Part shown: positions 62,611 to 64,000 of the stretch, piece after piece | Numbering within the stretch: the first letter of the stretch is position 1 | Layout: every line of letters begins with the position of its first letter | Assembly (NCBI RefSeq): GCF_001194135.2 | Contig: NC_068987.1 | Location: 21,787,161 to 21,851,160, forward strand | Reading direction: 5' to 3' | Source of the DNA: Octopus bimaculoides | Taxonomy: Eukaryota | Length of the DNA stretch: 64,000 nt | Notes under the pieces: generated by a model | Databases searched by the model: none | Seen by the model: only the letters and a program-made list of their open reading frames with translations | Told to the model about the DNA's origin: nothing | Made by a program: the position numbers and the translations under genes

Positions 62611-63020
62611 TCATCATCATCATCATCGTTTAACGTCCACTTTCCATGCTAGCATGGGTTGGATGATTTGATTGAGGACTGGTGAGCCAGATGGCCGCAC
62701 CAGGCTCCAATTTGATCTGGTAGAGTTTCTATAGCTGGATGCCCTTCCTAACGCCAACCACTCCAAGAGTGTAGTGGGTGTTTTTACGTGCCACTGGCAC
62801 GAGGGCCAGTCAGACGGTACTGGCAACGGCCACGCTCAAATGGTGTTCTTTACTTGCAACCTGTACAGGAGCCCGTCCAGTGGCACTGGCAACAACCTCG
62901 CTCGAATGTTTTTTCACATGCCACCGGCACAAGTGCCAGTAAGGTGATGCTGGTAACGATCATGCTCAAATGGTGCTTTTTATGTGTCACTGGCACAGAA
63001 GCCAGACAGCTGCTCTGGCA
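62611..63020 (-). mobile_element. Family D retroelement 3' end with internal subrepeats
   Basis: Longest family D copy; repeated cacgctcaaatggtg...tttta(c/t)gtg(c/t)cac units. Confidence 0.75.
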
Positions 63021-63827
63021 ATGACATTAACTTATAAGTTTCACTAAGCTAAAATTAGTTATTTCACTAATCTAAAATAACTTTACTTGACTCAACACAT
63101 ACTGAGATAATATGTAATCATTTTTAGATAATGTTTGATCACTGTATAACATATACCAATGTACAAACAGGTATATCATTTCTGTACTTACATATATGTA
63201 TAAACACACAAACACACAACACACACACAGGTGCAGGAGTGCTTGTGTGGTTAAGCAGTTTGCTTCTCAACTACTTGGTTTTAGGTTCAGTCCAACTGTG
63301 TGGCACCTTAGACAGGTATGTTCTACTACAGCTCTGGGCTGACCAAAGCCTTGTGAGTGTATTTAGTAGAAGGAAACTGATAGAAGCCCAACATATATGT
63401 ATGTATGCATGTGTTCATGAGAAGGAGAGAGGGAGGCGGAGAGAGAGAGAGTGAAAGTGAAAGACAAAGTGATTTGATTTTGCATAAAATGAGTGCCAGT
63501 CTTGCAAGCAATATCTTTTGTTTATGATTTTCCATGAAAACATGTTTGGTCACAGGGGGAAATATTATCTTATTTGTAAACAGGTAAGGGTTGGCAACAG
63601 GAAGAGCATCCACCTATAGAATTCCATCTAATCCATGCAAGCATGGAAAAGTGGTTGTTAAAATGATGATGACGATGACGCGTATATGTATATGTATGTG
63701 TGTGTGTGTGTTTCCTGGCCCTGGTATAAAATGTGATGATTGTAAGCAAACGTCACTATCATACAAGTAGTGTCATTTATTTCCAGCCTTCCATAAAAAG
63801 AAAAAATGTGTAGCCATTGGAGAATAT

Positions 63828-63960
63828 TCTTTTCTACTCTAGGCACAAGGCCCGAAATTTCTGGGGAGTGGGGGGGCAGTCAATTAAATCGACCCCAGTA
63901 TGCAACTAGTACTTAACTTATTGACCCCAAAAGGATGAGAGACAAAGTCGACCTCGGCAG

Positions 63961-63966
<6 letters not shown>
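63828..63966 (-). mobile_element. SINE family E (5'-truncated)
   Basis: Family E body. Confidence 0.75.

Positions 63967-64000
<34 letters not shown>

Overview
AT-rich, repeat-dense eukaryotic scaffold with several N gaps. The SINE families and gene structure point to a coleoid cephalopod, most likely Octopus. One protein-coding gene runs through the window on the minus strand: the TBC1D1/TBC1D4 (AS160, Drosophila Pollux) Rab-GAP orthologue. Nine phase-consistent GT-AG exons between 49697 and 18664 encode about 591 aa, covering most of PTB domain 2, the regulatory linker with three RxRxxS/T motifs, and the helix preceding the TBC domain. The PTB1 exon(s), one internal PTB2 exon and the TBC-domain exons were not found. 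The rest is intron packed with at least four tRNA-derived SINE families, RTE/CR1/REL LINE fragments, a decayed DD37D(maT)-like transposase, piggyBac-, hAT- and Tc1/mariner-type MITEs, minisatellites and long inverted repeats. The most notable non-coding signal is a complete type I hammerhead ribozyme core at 54082-54124 (+), inside a Penelope-like inverted repeat, with a second half-core at 59825-59840 (-). I found no clearly novel multi-gene system. Nearly all ORF-track entries are microsatellite or SINE artefacts. SINE family letters A-F are my own labels. All comparisons to known proteins and RNAs are from memory, not database searches.
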